A DNA stretch of 63,999 nt, counting the filler, from Asterionella formosa (taxonomy: Eukaryota): assembly GCA_002256025.1 (NCBI GenBank). It is 10 parts of 10 records of this genome, joined end to end, with 100 filler letters (N's around TTAATTAATTAA, not from the genome) between each part and the next. Parts side by side here need not be neighbours in the genome. Positions count along the whole stretch, not along the records: positions 62,865 to 63,999 come from NKIB01004085.1; 9 more parts are not named here. One strand, 5' to 3'. Position 1 is the stretch's first letter. Each line of letters begins with the position of its first letter. The notes below the pieces were generated by a model. The model was given only the letters and a program-made list of their open reading frames with translations, searched no databases and was not told the DNA's origin. Positions 62,865 through 63,999 of this stretch are shown one piece after another. Made by a program: the position numbers and the translations under genes.

Positions 62865-63999
62865 TGTAAATCTCCAATATCTTCGCCAAGAAACTGACTC
62901 CAAGCGGTTCCGATCACCATGTTCTCCACCATTCTCGCCCCACTTTGAATATCCATCACATCTTTGCGTTTCTGGGAAGTCCTGGCTGGTAGTTTACACA
63001 AGAATTTAAGATTCTTTTCCATTGGGCCTCCATTTAAAACCTGTGGACTTCCGAAACGATGAATGTTTCTTACAGTATGCATCTGTTGATGAAACTTCGC
63101 AAGCTTCCATCCCTGAGAGGTTGTTGTTGCTTCTTGGGCATTCTTTTACCAGCTTAGTAAAATAGTTGACAACGCTTTGGTGTTCCTGTGGTAAATTTCC
63201 CACATCAAAACTCTCTTTACTAAACCAGGCATTGTAGCAGAGCATCCCTTCGAATAGACCTTGAAAGTTTCGAATTTCTTGATTGGTCATACCACTTTCT
63301 TCTCGGCAGATTTTGATTCCAGCATCACATGCCATGACAACACAGGCAATAAGCATCACTCCGATTCTTTCGTTAGCAGTTATTTTCGTTTTGCAACCAT
63401 GAAAGCCGAAATTGAAGGAACAACGAGGAAGGTCTCAGTCACTCTGGTGAAGGAAGAGTTTAGATATTTTGTTGAACAACTGGTCAAACAGTTTTCGATT
63501 GTAATTCCCCTTCACTCTTTTGGGGCGCCCAATCATATAAGGATATAGCTCCATGAGGTGATCCATTATTCCTTCTTGAATGGAATGGAGTTTTTCAGGA
63601 GGAATGTGCCCATTAACACCAAGAGGATTGCCACCAAAACACAACTGATACCAAAAGGGATAGATGAATATTTGGCTCACATTATCCAATAAATCTTTTA
63701 TGCCCCGGAATAAAAGTTCCTCGTAATCAATCTGACCTACAGGACTGCATTCATGAGATGGATTGTCCATTTGATCAAACGGACAATCACATTCACGACA
63801 CATTCTGGCAGTCTTTAGATATGTTTTCTTTCGTCCGCATTGTCCATCTAAACCTTCAGCATCACCGAGAATTAGACCAACCGGAACTTTCACATTAAGT
63901 GTAAATTGATTGCCTCCATGTGTTTGAATCCACCAGGTTGTTGGACATTCTTGACCCCCTCAAGAATCACACCAAGGACAGCCTAATAATCGGATTCCT
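62865..63999 (-). pseudogene. Plavaka/CMC-type transposase fragment
   Basis: VPVGLILGDAEGLDGQCGRKK..CRECDCP, PPEKLHSIQEG, HTVRNIHRFGSPQVLNGGPMEKNLK; frameshifted. Confidence 0.8.

Overview
Eukaryotic genomic DNA, most likely a diatom (bipartite signal peptide + ASAFAP-type plastid presequences, short GT-AG introns, diatom-type copia/Ambal/Plavaka repeats). The window is not contiguous: it is 10 contigs or contig pieces joined by artificial 100-nt N44-TTAATTAATTAA-N44 spacers. Host genes: a tandem pair of secreted Lys/Gly- and Pro/Thr-rich silaffin-like wall proteins (12411-16142; 17614->18387), a coiled-coil protein, plastid ArgJ, thioredoxin f, AMPK/SNF1 beta, an LRR protein, FAD synthetase, an SBF2/DENN-like fragment and a predicted plastid fasciclin. 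The rest is mostly degenerate transposons (copia with an intact 3' LTR, LINEs, MULE, Plavaka/CMC, Kolobok-like with KolX, pogo, MITEs). Most notable: (1) arrays of TA-CCWGG / TA-CCGG units upstream of genes that behave as insertions at TA sites and match the termini of a co-located ~100-bp MITE, i.e. probable stacked Tc1/mariner excision footprints; (2) the RXL-processed, KxxK-rich candidate biosilica protein family with exon-module homogenisation; (3) a candidate HDV-like ribozyme with swapped P1.1 at the 5' end of a LINE. All family assignments are from motif recognition by eye; no searches were run.
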